Of a stretch of DNA of 64,000 bases, positions 10,476-21,072 are shown piece after piece. This DNA is from an uncultured Flavobacteriales bacterium (GTDB taxonomy: Bacteria > Bacteroidota > Bacteroidia > Flavobacteriales_C > GCA-002722245): contig CAWVWF010000002.1 in assembly GCA_963933885.1 (NCBI GenBank), positions 124-64,123 on the forward strand. Direction: 5' to 3'. Positions within the stretch are counted from its first letter, which is position 1; the number at the start of each line of letters is the position of its first letter. The position numbers and the translations under genes were made by a program. The notes beneath the pieces are model-generated. The model made no database searches. It was not told the origin of the DNA and was given only the letters and a program-made list of their open reading frames with translations.

Positions 10476-13400
10476 TTGGGTAATAAACATTACATATTTT
10501 ACACTTTCCTTGTTCTATTACTGAGCAAAGTAGGATTTTCTCAAGTAGATTCCTTGGCATTCCCTTTTGAGAATCCACAGGATCAACCAGCAGGAAGTAA
10601 GTCTACTAGTCCTTTACATTTAAAGGATCCTGCAAACGTGAAATATGATATCGAATATGATCCAATCCAACAGAAATATGTAATTAAAGAGAAGTTAGGT
10701 GATCTAGAATATAGACCATCTGATGAAAAGACTTTCGAAGATTTTTGGAAGGAAAGAAATGCTGCATCAGAGAAGGATTACTGGAAAGAAAAGCAAAAGG
10801 AAAATACAAGTGCTGGTAATAACAAAGGAATTTTTGGTGGTGGTGATATTAACCTTCCAAGTAAGGGAATCGATAAGATTTTTGGTCCCGGAGGAATTGA
10901 AATAAAACCCCAGGGATCAGCAGAATTAATTTTTGGTGTTACTTCATCTAAGACAGAAAATCCAGTTGTTCGAGTTGACAATCAAAGAACTACTAATTTT
11001 GATTTTGATGAGAAAATTCAATTAAATGTAACTGGGAAAATTGGAGAAAAATTAAAACTTTCAACAAGTTATAATACAGAAGCTTCATTTGATTTTGAAA
11101 ATCAGATGAAATTAGAATATAATGGAAATGAAGATGATATAATCAAAAAGATAGAGCTTGGAAATGTTAGCTTGCCTTTAAACTCATCCTTAATTCAAGG
11201 AAGTCAGAGTTTATTTGGTATTAAGAATGAATTACAATTCGGAAAACTTAAAATCACATCTGTATTAACACAACAAAAAAGTGAAACGAAAACGATTGAG
11301 TTAAGTGGTGGAGTTCAAACAAAAGAAGTTTTTATTAAGGCGGATGAATATGATGACAACCGCCATTTCTTCCTTGCTCAATATTTTGCAGATCACTATA
11401 ATTCTTCTGTTGCTAATCCACCATTAATTAATTCTGCAGTAAGTATCACAAAGATTGAAGTATGGGTTACAAATGTTGGTATAAGTGCAAATGCTGAAGC
11501 AAGGAATGTGATAGGATTCATGGATTTAGGAGAAACAACAACTTATGATCCTCTCTTAATTCCGAATTTAATGAATTTGTATCCTGATAACACAAGCAAT
11601 GATTTACATGCAAAAATGGAAGCAGATGACGATATAAGAAAATATACTTCGGCTTCTGGACAGTTAATTAATAATTACAATTATTCAGCAGGAACTAACT
11701 TTAATAAAATTGAAAACGCAAGAAAACTTCGTGATTCCGAATTTACAATTCATCCTCAATTGGGGTATATCTCTTTGAATAGAAGAATGGAAGATGATGA
11801 GGTACTTGCTGTTGCATATCAATATACGGTTAGAGGTCAAACTCAGATTTATCAAGTTGGTGAATTTTCGAATGAAATTTCGGACGTAATATCATCCGTT
11901 TACTTGAAAATGTTGAAGTCTACTCAAGTGAATAATACTAAAGTTCCTTTGTGGACTTTAATGATGAAAAATGTATACTCGCTTGGTCAATACGGAATTG
12001 ATGCAAGTACTTTAGAGATCGATATTAGATATAAAGACGCTGCCACAAACAATGACATTAATTACATGTCTACTGGGAATCCTAATGTTAAAAACAAAAG
12101 ATGGTTAGAGATTTTAGGATTAGATAAATTAGATCAGCAACAAAATCAACAACCAGATGGAAGATATGATATTATAGATAATTTAACAATTAGATTATCA
12201 AATGGAAAGATTTATTTCCCAGTTTTAGAACCTTTTGGAAAAGCTCTTACAGCAAAAATTAATGATGCAACATTATCTGATTCGATTGCATTTGATTCCT
12301 TATACCACGTAAGTAAATTCAGAGCGAAAAATGAATTCCCATCAAACAATAGATTTAGAATTTATGCAAAGTATTCGTCTAAAAGTTCAGTTATAAACCT
12401 TAATTCTTTTAGTATACCTAAAGGAGCTGTAACTGTAACTGCAGGGGGACAAAAACTTGTAGAAGGTCAACATTTTAGAGTTGATTACAATATGGGACAG
12501 GTAACTATTTTGGATCCAAGTATTCTTAATTCAAATACACCAATTAAAGTAGATGTTGAAAGTAATTCGATGTTTAGTGTAACTAGTAAAACTATTTTTG
12601 GATCTCATTTAGAGTATGAAATTAATAAAGACTTTCATGTTGGAGGAACAATTTTAAATTTAACAGAGCGTCCATTAACTCAAAAAGTTAATCAAGGAGA
12701 AGAGCCAATTTCCAATACTATTTGGGGGATAAATTCGGATTATAAAACTGAATCACAATACTTAACGAAGTTAATTGATATGATTCCTGGAATTAATACA
12801 AAAGCGAAATCTTCTATTACTGTAAAAGGTGAATTTGCACAATTAATTCCTGGTTCCCCTAGTGCAATTAAAAATGGAGACAACGCTGTTTCATTTATTG
12901 ATGATTTTGAATCTGGGCAAACTGGAATCGACATTCGTAATAGAGCTGCATGGGTTTTAGCATCTACACCTCAAGGGCAACCTAGTGAATGGCCAGAAGG
13001 AGATTTAGTAGATGATATAACTTATGGTTTTAACAGAGCAAAATTTGCTTGGTATAACATTGATCCATTATTTAGTGATGATAAATCATCTACACCTTCA
13101 CACATTAGAAATAATAAATCGATTCAAGAAAATCTCTACCAAAGAACAGTATTACAGAGTGAGATTTATCCTCAGAAAAGTTTAGCAGTTGGTGAGCCAC
13201 CAACACTTCAAACATTTGATTTAGCTTATTTTCCATCTGAAAGAGGTCCTTATAATTATGATACTTCAGGTGTAGGAGGTATTTCAGCAGGTATAAATCC
13301 GGCTGATGGATCATTAATTGATCCTGAGACTAGATGGGGAGGGATTATGAGGAAGATTGACTATGTTGATTTTGCGAGTCAAAACATTGAATTCATTGAG

Positions 13401-16400
13401 TTTTGGTTAATGGATCCGTTCCCTACAGATATGTCTTCAGTTGCTGATATAGATGCGTTTAATGGTTCTTATGATGGTGGAGATTTTTACATTCAAATTG
13501 GAAATATTTCAGAAGATGTATTGAGAGATGGTAGAAAATCTTTCGAAAATGGATTGCCTAAAAATGGTTCGACAACCTCTACAATGGATTCTACTAGTTG
13601 GGGTAGAGTATCAAACTCTATTAACTTAGTAAATGCTTTTGATAATGATCCTGACGCGAGAGCGGATCAAGATGTAGGTTTTGATGGTTTAGGAGATGCC
13701 AATGAGAGAACATTCTTCCTAAATTATTTAAATTGGTTTTCAGCTCAAGGTTCATCTCCAAGTAATATTTTTACAGATCCATCTGGAGATAATTACCAAT
13801 ATTTTAGAGGTGCCAGTTTAGATGCTAATTTGTCGAATGTAATAGAGCGTTATAAAAACTATAATGGTACAGATGGAAATTCACCGACTCAGGATCAGAC
13901 TGGTTTAGATTATGTTAGTACGGCTACCACATTACCAGACATTGAAGATTTAAATAGAGATAATACTTTAAGTGAAGGAGAAAGCTATTATGAGTATAAA
14001 ATAAGTTTACATCAAGATTCTTTAGGACAAGGTAATATTGGTAATAACTACTTAGTTCAGAAGGTACCTGTTACAGTTTCTGGATCTGGTAAAGTCGTTA
14101 ACTGGTACAATTTCAGAATTCCAGTAAAATCTCCAGATAAAACGGTTGGTAATATTCAGGATTTCCAATCAATTAGATTCATGAGAATGATGCTTAAAGG
14201 TTGGAAAGATCCAGTTGTTTTGAGATTTGGATCTTTAGATCTTATTAGAAGTGATTGGAGAAAGTACGAAGGAGATTTATATGCTTCTACTTCATCGGGT
14301 GCGTTAGCAGATGCTGATTTCAATGTAGGTGCTGTTAACCTTGAAGAGGATTCTAAGAAGAACCCTGTTCCTTATATGATGCCTCCAAATACTCAACGTC
14401 AATTTAACTTAGGATCTCAAGCTCAAGAAAATGAACAATCTATGCAATTACAGGTTTGTGATTTGGATGGAACAGATGCAAGAGCGATGTATAAAACTGT
14501 TGGATTGGACTTACTTTCTTATAAGAGAATTCAAATGGATATTCATGCTGAACAACCTGATAACGCTTTTGTACAATTAGCAAATATGAATATGTCTGTC
14601 TTTATTAGAATGGGGACGGATTTTGATGAGAACTATTATGAATATGAGGTGCCTTTAACCTTCACGGATCCATTGACTTTACCAACTGGAGAAACTGAAA
14701 AAAGAGAAGCCATATGGGATGCAAATAATAGGATGGATTTTAATTATGAAACAGCTTTTGCGGATGCTAAATCTGCAAGGAATTCCGACATTTTGAATAA
14801 TATAGTTGGAGTTTCTAATGTGGAAAGGTATAAAAGTACTGATGGTAAGAATAACGTATATGTTATTGGTTCACCTTCTATGGCCAATGTTACTACAATT
14901 ATGATTGGTGTAAGAAATAATAACCCAGTTAATGATACTAGGTGTGCAGAGATCTGGGTTAACGAACTGCGACTATCTGAATTTGATAAAACTGGAGGTT
15001 GGGCTACAACGGCTAGTATTGGGATGAAATTAGCAGATTTCGGGAATATATCACTTGGGGGAGGATACAGTACGCCAGGATGGGGTGGAATCAATCAAAA
15101 AGTAAGTGAAAGGCAAAGAGAGACAATTAGGAATATTGATGCTACAGGTAATTTTGAGTTGGGTAAATTTATTCCTGAGAAAATTGGAATAACAATACCA
15201 ATGTATATGAGTTATAACCAAGTTAGAAAAGATAAACAATATAACCCTTTAGATACTGATGTTCAGCTGGACAAGCTAGAAGACGGGGCTTATAAGACTT
15301 TACTAAACAAAATATCGCCGGAATTACAAACGAGTAAAAGTATCAATTTCTCTAATGTTAAGAAGCTAGCAAAAGGTAGAAAGAAAAAACATATTTATGA
15401 TGTCGAAAACCTAGATGCAACTTTCGCCTATAGCGAAAACAAAAAGCAAAGTATTAATACAGAATACAATAATGTAAAAAACTATAAAGGTGCTTTAAAC
15501 TATAACTTTAAAACAAAGCTTAAGGCTGTCCAACCGTTTAAACGAACTCCAATCATCAAGAAAATCGAGAAAAAAAGATTAGCCGAATACGCGAAGGAAG
15601 AAAAAGATATTAGGGCTCAAATTAAAGAAGCACGAAAAGTAAAAGGATCAAGTAAAAAAATATCTACACTTCAGAAAAACTTAAAAGTTTTAAGAGAAGA
15701 AAAAACAGCATATAGAAAAAGGATTAGTAAACTTAAGCGTTCACCATATCTAAAACTATATAGAGATTTCAACTTCTATTACATGCCTTCTCAACTTTCG
15801 TTTAAAACTGACATGACTAGAATGTTCAGTGAGAATAAAGTAAGAAATGTCTCTGACGCCAATTTGTTAATTGAACCAACATTTAATAAAAACTGGTATT
15901 TCAATAGAAACTATAAGATTAAATTTGATTTAACAAAAGCAATTAAGCTTGATTATTCTGCTCAAAATAATGCTCTTATTGATGAGCCATTTGGTGAAAT
16001 AGATACTAAAAACGAAAAGGATTCAATCGTTAATAACATATTAAAATTGGGTAGAAATACCATCTACACCCAAAATGTAAATGCCAATTATAGAATACCT
16101 ATTAATAAGTTCCCTTGGACAAGTTGGGTAACTGCAAATGTTAAGTATTCTGGTAAGTTTGATTGGCAAGCTACAAATCCTTCATTAGTTGATTCAATCG
16201 GTCATAGTATTTCGAATTCAAATACGAAACAGATCAATACGCAACTAAACTTTGTGAGCCTGTATAACAAAGTAGATTATTTAAAGAAGTTAAATAGGAA
16301 AAAACGTCGTCGTCCAAAACCTGTTAAAAAACCAAAGGGTAAAAATGCTAAACCCGATTCATTAACACAAAAAAAGGTGGTTAAGAAAAAGCCGCTTACA

Positions 16401-17798
16401 GGTAAAGATGTTTTAGACGGATCTTTAAGAGTATTAATGATGCTTAGAAGCGCATCGATAAATTATACTGAAAACAATGGAACTTTCCTTCCTGGATTTA
16501 TGGGGGAAACACAACTGGGAGGTATGGATTTAACAAATTCTATGGCACCAGGTTTAGGGTTTGTTTTTGGGAGTCAAGCTGATATATTAGAAAAAGGTTT
16601 AGACAATGATTGGTTTAATTCACACGATTATTTGATTACTCAGCAGGTGGCTAAAACCCAAAAAAGAACTTTAAATGCAAGAGCATCCATTGAGCCATTT
16701 AAGCGATTTAAAGTCAACTTAACAGCGACCAGAAATGAGACAATGAATGACAATTTCTATTATGAAATTGACCCTAATGTTAAAAAAGGATTTAGGGAAG
16801 GAGCTCGTCAAAACATTAAAACGTTGTCGATTACGATCAATACAATGAAAACATCTTTTGGTAAGAAAAATGCGGATGGTGCTTCTGCAGCTTATCATCA
16901 AATGCTTGGTAACAGATTAGTAATTGCTGAGCGATTAGCGAGCGTTAACCCTGCTTCTGTCGGAACTAATGGTACTACATCTTATCCTAATGGTTATAGT
17001 AAAGCTCATGAAGAAGTATTATTGTATTCGTTTTTAGCGGCTTACCAAGATAAGAATGCTGCAAATATATCTTTACCAAACTTGAATACGCCTAACACAA
17101 CAAAAGGATTATTCCCAAGAATTCCAATACCAAACTGGCGCTTAAACTTTAATGCTTTAAACTCATTGGCATTTATTAAAAAGCATTTTAAATCTTTTTC
17201 TTTGTCTCATTCATATAGCAGTACGTTAAATATGAATGGAGTTAAAAACGATATACAATTTAATGGTTCAGGTACATTTGACGCAGAAGGAGATTTACTT
17301 ACAAATATTGATTATACTACAATGGACGTATCTATTAAAGAATCTTATAGTCCACTTATAAAAGTGGATATGAAATTTAAGAATAGTGTGTTAGCTAAAG
17401 TAGAAGTTAAAAAATCTAGAACAATAGGATTAGATTTCGGTGGACAAGCTGTAACTGAGAATTCAACTTGGGATGTTGTTGTTGGAGCAGGTTATACAAT
17501 AAAGGATTTAGTAATACCAAGGATTAAAATAAAAGGAAAGAAGTTAAAATCTAACCTGGATTTAAGGGCTGATATTTCAGTGAAAAACACCAACTTAACA
17601 TTAATTAAAATAGATGAAACACCTACTCCTACTTCAGGAGGGTTAGTGACAGCAATTAAAATTTCAGGTGATTATATTATAAGTAAGAAGGTAACAGCAA
17701 GAATCTTTTATGATCAAACAATTAATACTCCTTTTATTCAAACTTCGTATCCAAGTTCAACAAGTAAAGGAGGTTTAAGTATAAGGTTTACTTTATAA
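10476..17798 (+). CDS. sprA: gliding-motility / T9SS translocon protein SprA
   Basis: 2440 aa with a signal peptide. Its length and composition are typical of Flavobacteriia SprA (about 2400 aa in F. johnsoniae). It starts 1 nt after ruvA. Confidence 0.8.
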   Translation: MGNKHYIFYTFLVLLLSKVGFSQVDSLAFPFENPQDQPAGSKSTSPLHLKDPANVKYDIEYDPIQQKYVIKEKLGDLEYRPSDEKTFEDFWKERNAASEKDYWKEKQKENTSAGNNKGIFGGGDINLPSKGIDKIFGPGGIEIKPQGSAELIFGVTSSKTENPVVRVDNQRTTNFDFDEKIQLNVTGKIGEKLKLSTSYNTEASFDFENQMKLEYNGNEDDIIKKIELGNVSLPLNSSLIQGSQSLFGIKNELQFGKLKITSVLTQQKSETKTIELSGGVQTKEVFIKADEYDDNRHFFLAQYFADHYNSSVANPPLINSAVSITKIEVWVTNVGISANAEARNVIGFMDLGETTTYDPLLIPNLMNLYPDNTSNDLHAKMEADDDIRKYTSASGQLINNYNYSAGTNFNKIENARKLRDSEFTIHPQLGYISLNRRMEDDEVLAVAYQYTVRGQTQIYQVGEFSNEISDVISSVYLKMLKSTQVNNTKVPLWTLMMKNVYSLGQYGIDASTLEIDIRYKDAATNNDINYMSTGNPNVKNKRWLEILGLDKLDQQQNQQPDGRYDIIDNLTIRLSNGKIYFPVLEPFGKALTAKINDATLSDSIAFDSLYHVSKFRAKNEFPSNNRFRIYAKYSSKSSVINLNSFSIPKGAVTVTAGGQKLVEGQHFRVDYNMGQVTILDPSILNSNTPIKVDVESNSMFSVTSKTIFGSHLEYEINKDFHVGGTILNLTERPLTQKVNQGEEPISNTIWGINSDYKTESQYLTKLIDMIPGINTKAKSSITVKGEFAQLIPGSPSAIKNGDNAVSFIDDFESGQTGIDIRNRAAWVLASTPQGQPSEWPEGDLVDDITYGFNRAKFAWYNIDPLFSDDKSSTPSHIRNNKSIQENLYQRTVLQSEIYPQKSLAVGEPPTLQTFDLAYFPSERGPYNYDTSGVGGISAGINPADGSLIDPETRWGGIMRKIDYVDFASQNIEFIEFWLMDPFPTDMSSVADIDAFNGSYDGGDFYIQIGNISEDVLRDGRKSFENGLPKNGSTTSTMDSTSWGRVSNSINLVNAFDNDPDARADQDVGFDGLGDANERTFFLNYLNWFSAQGSSPSNIFTDPSGDNYQYFRGASLDANLSNVIERYKNYNGTDGNSPTQDQTGLDYVSTATTLPDIEDLNRDNTLSEGESYYEYKISLHQDSLGQGNIGNNYLVQKVPVTVSGSGKVVNWYNFRIPVKSPDKTVGNIQDFQSIRFMRMMLKGWKDPVVLRFGSLDLIRSDWRKYEGDLYASTSSGALADADFNVGAVNLEEDSKKNPVPYMMPPNTQRQFNLGSQAQENEQSMQLQVCDLDGTDARAMYKTVGLDLLSYKRIQMDIHAEQPDNAFVQLANMNMSVFIRMGTDFDENYYEYEVPLTFTDPLTLPTGETEKREAIWDANNRMDFNYETAFADAKSARNSDILNNIVGVSNVERYKSTDGKNNVYVIGSPSMANVTTIMIGVRNNNPVNDTRCAEIWVNELRLSEFDKTGGWATTASIGMKLADFGNISLGGGYSTPGWGGINQKVSERQRETIRNIDATGNFELGKFIPEKIGITIPMYMSYNQVRKDKQYNPLDTDVQLDKLEDGAYKTLLNKISPELQTSKSINFSNVKKLAKGRKKKHIYDVENLDATFAYSENKKQSINTEYNNVKNYKGALNYNFKTKLKAVQPFKRTPIIKKIEKKRLAEYAKEEKDIRAQIKEARKVKGSSKKISTLQKNLKVLREEKTAYRKRISKLKRSPYLKLYRDFNFYYMPSQLSFKTDMTRMFSENKVRNVSDANLLIEPTFNKNWYFNRNYKIKFDLTKAIKLDYSAQNNALIDEPFGEIDTKNEKDSIVNNILKLGRNTIYTQNVNANYRIPINKFPWTSWVTANVKYSGKFDWQATNPSLVDSIGHSISNSNTKQINTQLNFVSLYNKVDYLKKLNRKKRRRPKPVKKPKGKNAKPDSLTQKKVVKKKPLTGKDVLDGSLRVLMMLRSASINYTENNGTFLPGFMGETQLGGMDLTNSMAPGLGFVFGSQADILEKGLDNDWFNSHDYLITQQVAKTQKRTLNARASIEPFKRFKVNLTATRNETMNDNFYYEIDPNVKKGFREGARQNIKTLSITINTMKTSFGKKNADGASAAYHQMLGNRLVIAERLASVNPASVGTNGTTSYPNGYSKAHEEVLLYSFLAAYQDKNAANISLPNLNTPNTTKGLFPRIPIPNWRLNFNALNSLAFIKKHFKSFSLSHSYSSTLNMNGVKNDIQFNGSGTFDAEGDLLTNIDYTTMDVSIKESYSPLIKVDMKFKNSVLAKVEVKKSRTIGLDFGGQAVTENSTWDVVVGAGYTIKDLVIPRIKIKGKKLKSNLDLRADISVKNTNLTLIKIDETPTPTSGGLVTAIKISGDYIISKKVTARIFYDQTINTPFIQTSYPSSTSKGGLSIRFTL

Positions 17799-17806
17799 GA
17801 ATTCTA

Positions 17807-18586
17807 TTATTTAGTAATTGTTGTTCCTACATTATTCTGAAGAACGGCATCAGATATTTTTAATGCATTACAGATTTTAACTGCTGAAACACCAGCTGAT
17901 ATAGCATCAAAAGCATTGCTTAATTTAGGAATCATTCCGTCAGTAATAACACCACTATTTTTATATTCTTCAAATAACTGTGGCGTTATTTTATTAATTA
18001 CGGAAGTCTTGTCTTTTGGATCAACCAATACACCATCTAATTCGAAACCTAAAACAAGTTGAGTTTCTGCTTTAGTTGAAATTGCACTTGCTACGGCGCT
18101 AGCAATTGTATCTGCATTGGTGTTTAGCATTTTCCCTTCACCGTTATGGGTTAAAGGAGCTATTACTGGAACTATATCATTATCTAATAAAGTGAGAAGT
18201 AAGTCTGTATTTATTTCATCAATATCACCAACCCAACCGTAATCCACTTCTTTAACTGGTCTTTTGTGCGCTTTAATTATGTTACCATCTGCACCACTAA
18301 GCCCGAGTGCATTTATTTTGTTTGCTTGTAAAGCAGCAACGATTTTTTTATTAGCTAATCCACCATAAACCATTGTAACAACTTCTAACATTGCATCATC
18401 AGTAACACGGCGACCTTCTATCATTTTAGTAGATATTCCAAGTTGCTCAGCAAATTTAGTAGCCAATCTACCACCTCCGTGTATTAATATTTTTTTTCCA
18501 GGGATTTGAGAAAAAGAAGTTAGAAAAGCAGATAAGTCCTTTTCGTTTTCGATTATACCACCACCAACTTTTACAATATTAATCAT
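17807..18586 (-). CDS. argB: acetylglutamate kinase
   Basis: 259 aa. Contains the AAK-family motifs KVGGG, HGGG and GDIDEIN. Confidence 0.8.
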   Translation of the reverse strand: MINIVKVGGGIIENEKDLSAFLTSFSQIPGKKILIHGGGRLATKFAEQLGISTKMIEGRRVTDDAMLEVVTMVYGGLANKKIVAALQANKINALGLSGADGNIIKAHKRPVKEVDYGWVGDIDEINTDLLLTLLDNDIVPVIAPLTHNGEGKMLNTNADTIASAVASAISTKAETQLVLGFELDGVLVDPKDKTSVINKITPQLFEEYKNSGVITDGMIPKLSNAFDAISAGVSAVKICNALKISDAVLQNNVGTTITK

Positions 18587-18588
18587 GC

Positions 18589-19533
18589 TTATTTACTTAA
18601 AAATTCCTGTAATATAGTTTGAATTGATACAACTCTATTTCCCGCTTGCTCTATAACCAAAGAGTTTTTAGAATCAATAACTCCATCAGAAACAATAACA
18701 TTTCTTCTAACAGGTAAACAATGCATAAATTTAGCATTGTTAGTTAACTCCATTTTACTTTCATCTACACACCATGTGGAGTCTTTAGATAATATTTCAC
18801 CATAACTATCGTAAGAACTCCAGTTTTTAGCATAAATAAAATCGGCATCTTCGAATGCTTTATTTTGATCGTACTCAACAGTTACTCCATCAGAAAATTT
18901 AGGAGCTAAATCGTAGCCTTTAGGATGTGTTACAACTAGTTCTACATCTGCTTCCTTCATCCATTCAATAAATGAATTTGCAACTGCCTGAGGCAATGCA
19001 CGGGGATGAGGAGCCCAAGTTAATACAACTTTAGGCCTTGGTTTGTTTTTATTTGTTTCGATAGTTACTAAATCTGCTAATGATTGTAGTGGATGAAGTG
19101 TACTAGATTCTAAATTTATAATAGGGACTGTAGCGTGTTTTATGAAGTTTTGCAATACACCTTCAAGATAATCTTCTTCACGATCTTTTAAACCAGCGAA
19201 ACATCTAATTCCAATTACATCAACATACTCACTAATAACTGCGGCCGCATCTTTAATATGTTCTGCCGTTCCTTGATCCATCACAACACCATCTTTAGCC
19301 TCTAATGCCCATCCATCACTACCTATATTAAGTGTGATAACATCCATTCCTAAATTATAAGCTGCTTTTTGAGAAGAAATCCTTGTTCGTAAACTTGAAT
19401 TATAAAAGATTAAACCTAAGGTTTTATGCTTTCCTAATGTATCATTAGCTAAAGGGTTAGCTTTAACTTTTAATGCTTTTTGTAATAAGTCCTGAATATT
19501 AGTTACATCGTCTATCGAAAAGAAATTTTCCAT
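18589..19533 (-). CDS. argF': ArgF'-type N-acyl-L-ornithine carbamoyltransferase (acetyl vs succinyl specificity not decidable here)
   Basis: 314 aa transcarbamylase fold. SSLRTR replaces the STRTR of ornithine transcarbamylases and an HCLP motif is present, as in Bacteroides/Xanthomonas ArgF'. Confidence 0.7.
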   Translation of the reverse strand: MENFFSIDDVTNIQDLLQKALKVKANPLANDTLGKHKTLGLIFYNSSLRTRISSQKAAYNLGMDVITLNIGSDGWALEAKDGVVMDQGTAEHIKDAAAVISEYVDVIGIRCFAGLKDREEDYLEGVLQNFIKHATVPIINLESSTLHPLQSLADLVTIETNKNKPRPKVVLTWAPHPRALPQAVANSFIEWMKEADVELVVTHPKGYDLAPKFSDGVTVEYDQNKAFEDADFIYAKNWSSYDSYGEILSKDSTWCVDESKMELTNNAKFMHCLPVRRNVIVSDGVIDSKNSLVIEQAGNRVVSIQTILQEFLSK

Positions 19534-19600
19534 AAAACAAAGGTAATGTTTTATGCCGATCGCAAAAAATTATATCTTTGTTGCAGAAAAAAATATTAAA

Positions 19601-19978
19601 ATGAATATACCAGCTGAATTAAAGTACACAAAGGACCATGAATGGATTAAGATTGATGGAGACGTTGTTACAGTAGGAATTACTGATTTTGCTCAGGGTG
19701 AACTAGGAGATATAGTTTATGTTGAAGTTGAGACTGTTGATGAAACTCTTGATGCTGAAGAAGTATTTGGGACTGTTGAAGCTGTTAAGACGGTTAGTGA
19801 TTTGTTTTTACCAGTTGCTGGTGAAATCATTGAATTTAACGAAAGTATAGCTGACGCACCAGAATTGGTGAATGAAGATCCTTACGGTGAAGGTTGGATG
19901 ATTAAAATTAAAGTTTCTAATGTTACGGATTTAGATAGTTTGTTATCTGCTGATGCATATAAAGATTTAATAGCATAA
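19601..19978 (+). CDS. gcvH: glycine cleavage system H protein
   Basis: Has the lipoyl-domain motif [14 protein letters not shown]. The start was set at the internal Met ([16 protein letters not shown]), as in GcvH homologs. The ORF track starts 48 nt earlier. Confidence 0.8.
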   Translation: MNIPAELKYTKDHEWIKIDGDVVTVGITDFAQGELGDIVYVEVETVDETLDAEEVFGTVEAVKTVSDLFLPVAGEIIEFNESIADAPELVNEDPYGEGWMIKIKVSNVTDLDSLLSADAYKDLIA

Positions 19979-20032
19979 GATTGAAACTCTAAAAAGGAAA
20001 CGTTTTTATTAACTAAAGTTTGCGGGACATTC

Positions 20033-20064
20033 CTTGATAAATAAGGAAACGCTGTATATATTTG
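20033..20064 (+). promoter_or_regulatory. candidate sigmaA promoter (cTTG -33 / TATATTTG -7) within the gcvH 3' intergenic region
   Basis: -7-like TATATTTG at 20057-20064 and cTTG at 20033-20036 with 20-nt spacing. It is flanked by two copies of AAGGAAACG (19994-20002 and 20043-20051). Confidence 0.3.
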
Positions 20065-20069
20065 CACAA

Positions 20070-20198
20070 CTCAATACCCCTATTGTTTAGTGTTTATTGT
20101 CAGATAATTAACCCGAACCTAAGTACCCTAATTTAGAGTTTAAATATTACAACTGACAATATTCCGTCCCCCCGCACCCTCGGGGGGACTTTTTTTTC
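20070..20198 (+). ncRNA. candidate small RNA or structured leader (about 130 nt) ending in a strong intrinsic terminator
   Basis: Promoter-like motif just upstream. A 9-bp long-range stem TATTGTCAG(20097-20105)/CTGACAATA(20152-20160) encloses about 45 nt. A GC-rich hairpin GTCCCCCCG/CGGGGGGAC plus a T9 run lies at 20166-20198. Confidence 0.3.
20166..20198 (+). terminator. rho-independent terminator
   Basis: Perfect 9-bp GC-rich stem (GTCCCCCCG...CGGGGGGAC) followed by TTTTTTTTT. Confidence 0.8.
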
Positions 20199-20240
20199 AC
20201 TAATGAACAAAGTCGTTCAAGTATAACTTACCTTTATAAT

Positions 20241-20576
20241 ATGGATGAGGAATTTGAAAAGTTGTGGAGTGTATTAATGGCAAGACTTGAAAAAGATTTT
20301 GATGGTGATCTTGATATTCAAGGAATACTGTTTTTAATTGGAGTTCAGGAACTTGGGAAAGGAAAACAGAAGTTTGGTAAAGATCAGAAAATAGAACTAT
20401 TACATGTTGCTATATGTACTATATTAGCACCCTTTGGTTACTATAAGTTATTACATTCAGATCAGGATGGATGGCCTCATTTCGAGTCTTTAAAACCTCT
20501 TCCTCATTTAAAGTCTGGAGAGCAATTAAAGCTAATGAAACAAGGTATTTTAGATTACTTTGGAGAAATTTATTAA
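20241..20576 (+). CDS. small conserved hypothetical protein
   Basis: 111 aa, acidic, with no recognisable domain. Complete ORF. Confidence 0.45.
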   Translation: MDEEFEKLWSVLMARLEKDFDGDLDIQGILFLIGVQELGKGKQKFGKDQKIELLHVAICTILAPFGYYKLLHSDQDGWPHFESLKPLPHLKSGEQLKLMKQGILDYFGEIY

Positions 20577-20953
20577 TTAACTTTTACTGTAGCAGTTTCG
20601 CTTTCTTCTTCTGTTAAACTTAGTGTTCCAACACCACTTTTACCTCCTGGAGTAGTTACGCTTATACTAATAACAGCTGGAAGTTTAAAACAAATTCTTT
20701 CTGTTGATCCAGAACTACCCGTTGTATAAGTCATTTCTTTCACTAACCCTTCATTACACAAATAAAATCCTTCTGCTGTTTGTCCAACTGGTGGAGTTAC
20801 AAATAACTTAACTGTTGCATTTGGTACAGGAGAGCTATCAGATAAATTAAGCACTGATATTATTCCCTCTGTTTTACCTGTTGTACAAGACGAAAAACCA
20901 ATTGCTATAAGTACAAATAAAACTAGTTTTGCAGATTTGAAGATAGTTTTCAT
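20573..20953 (-). CDS. small lipoprotein
   Basis: 126 aa with a signal peptide and lipobox (IGFSSC). The rest is Thr/Ser/Gly-rich. Confidence 0.5.
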   Translation of the reverse strand: MKTIFKSAKLVLFVLIAIGFSSCTTGKTEGIISVLNLSDSSPVPNATVKLFVTPPVGQTAEGFYLCNEGLVKEMTYTTGSSGSTERICFKLPAVISISVTTPGGKSGVGTLSLTEEESETATVKVN

Positions 20954-21072
20954 TAAATAATGAGTTTTCTGTAAAATAAATATTGTTAACTAATATAGCT
21001 GATTTTGACAAATATATGAAAATAGTCCTTACAAAAATTTAGTATGCAGGTCTAATTAACTAATTTCGAGCT

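Noticed and set aside
10027-10578. 183-aa minus-strand ORF antisense to ruvA
   Set aside because: It is entirely embedded in the well-supported ruvA and sprA frames, with low-complexity translation. It is a typical antisense shadow ORF of AT-rich DNA.
15531-16410. Lys/Arg-rich segments of sprA as possible tandem DNA repeats or an inserted element
   Set aside because: The basic segments are low-complexity at the protein level only. No nucleotide-level tandem repeat unit is visible and the reading frame is continuous.
19553-19600. ORF-track N-terminal extension of gcvH
   Set aside because: GcvH homologs begin at the [10 protein letters not shown]-equivalent. The extension would start 19 nt from the divergent argF' start codon.
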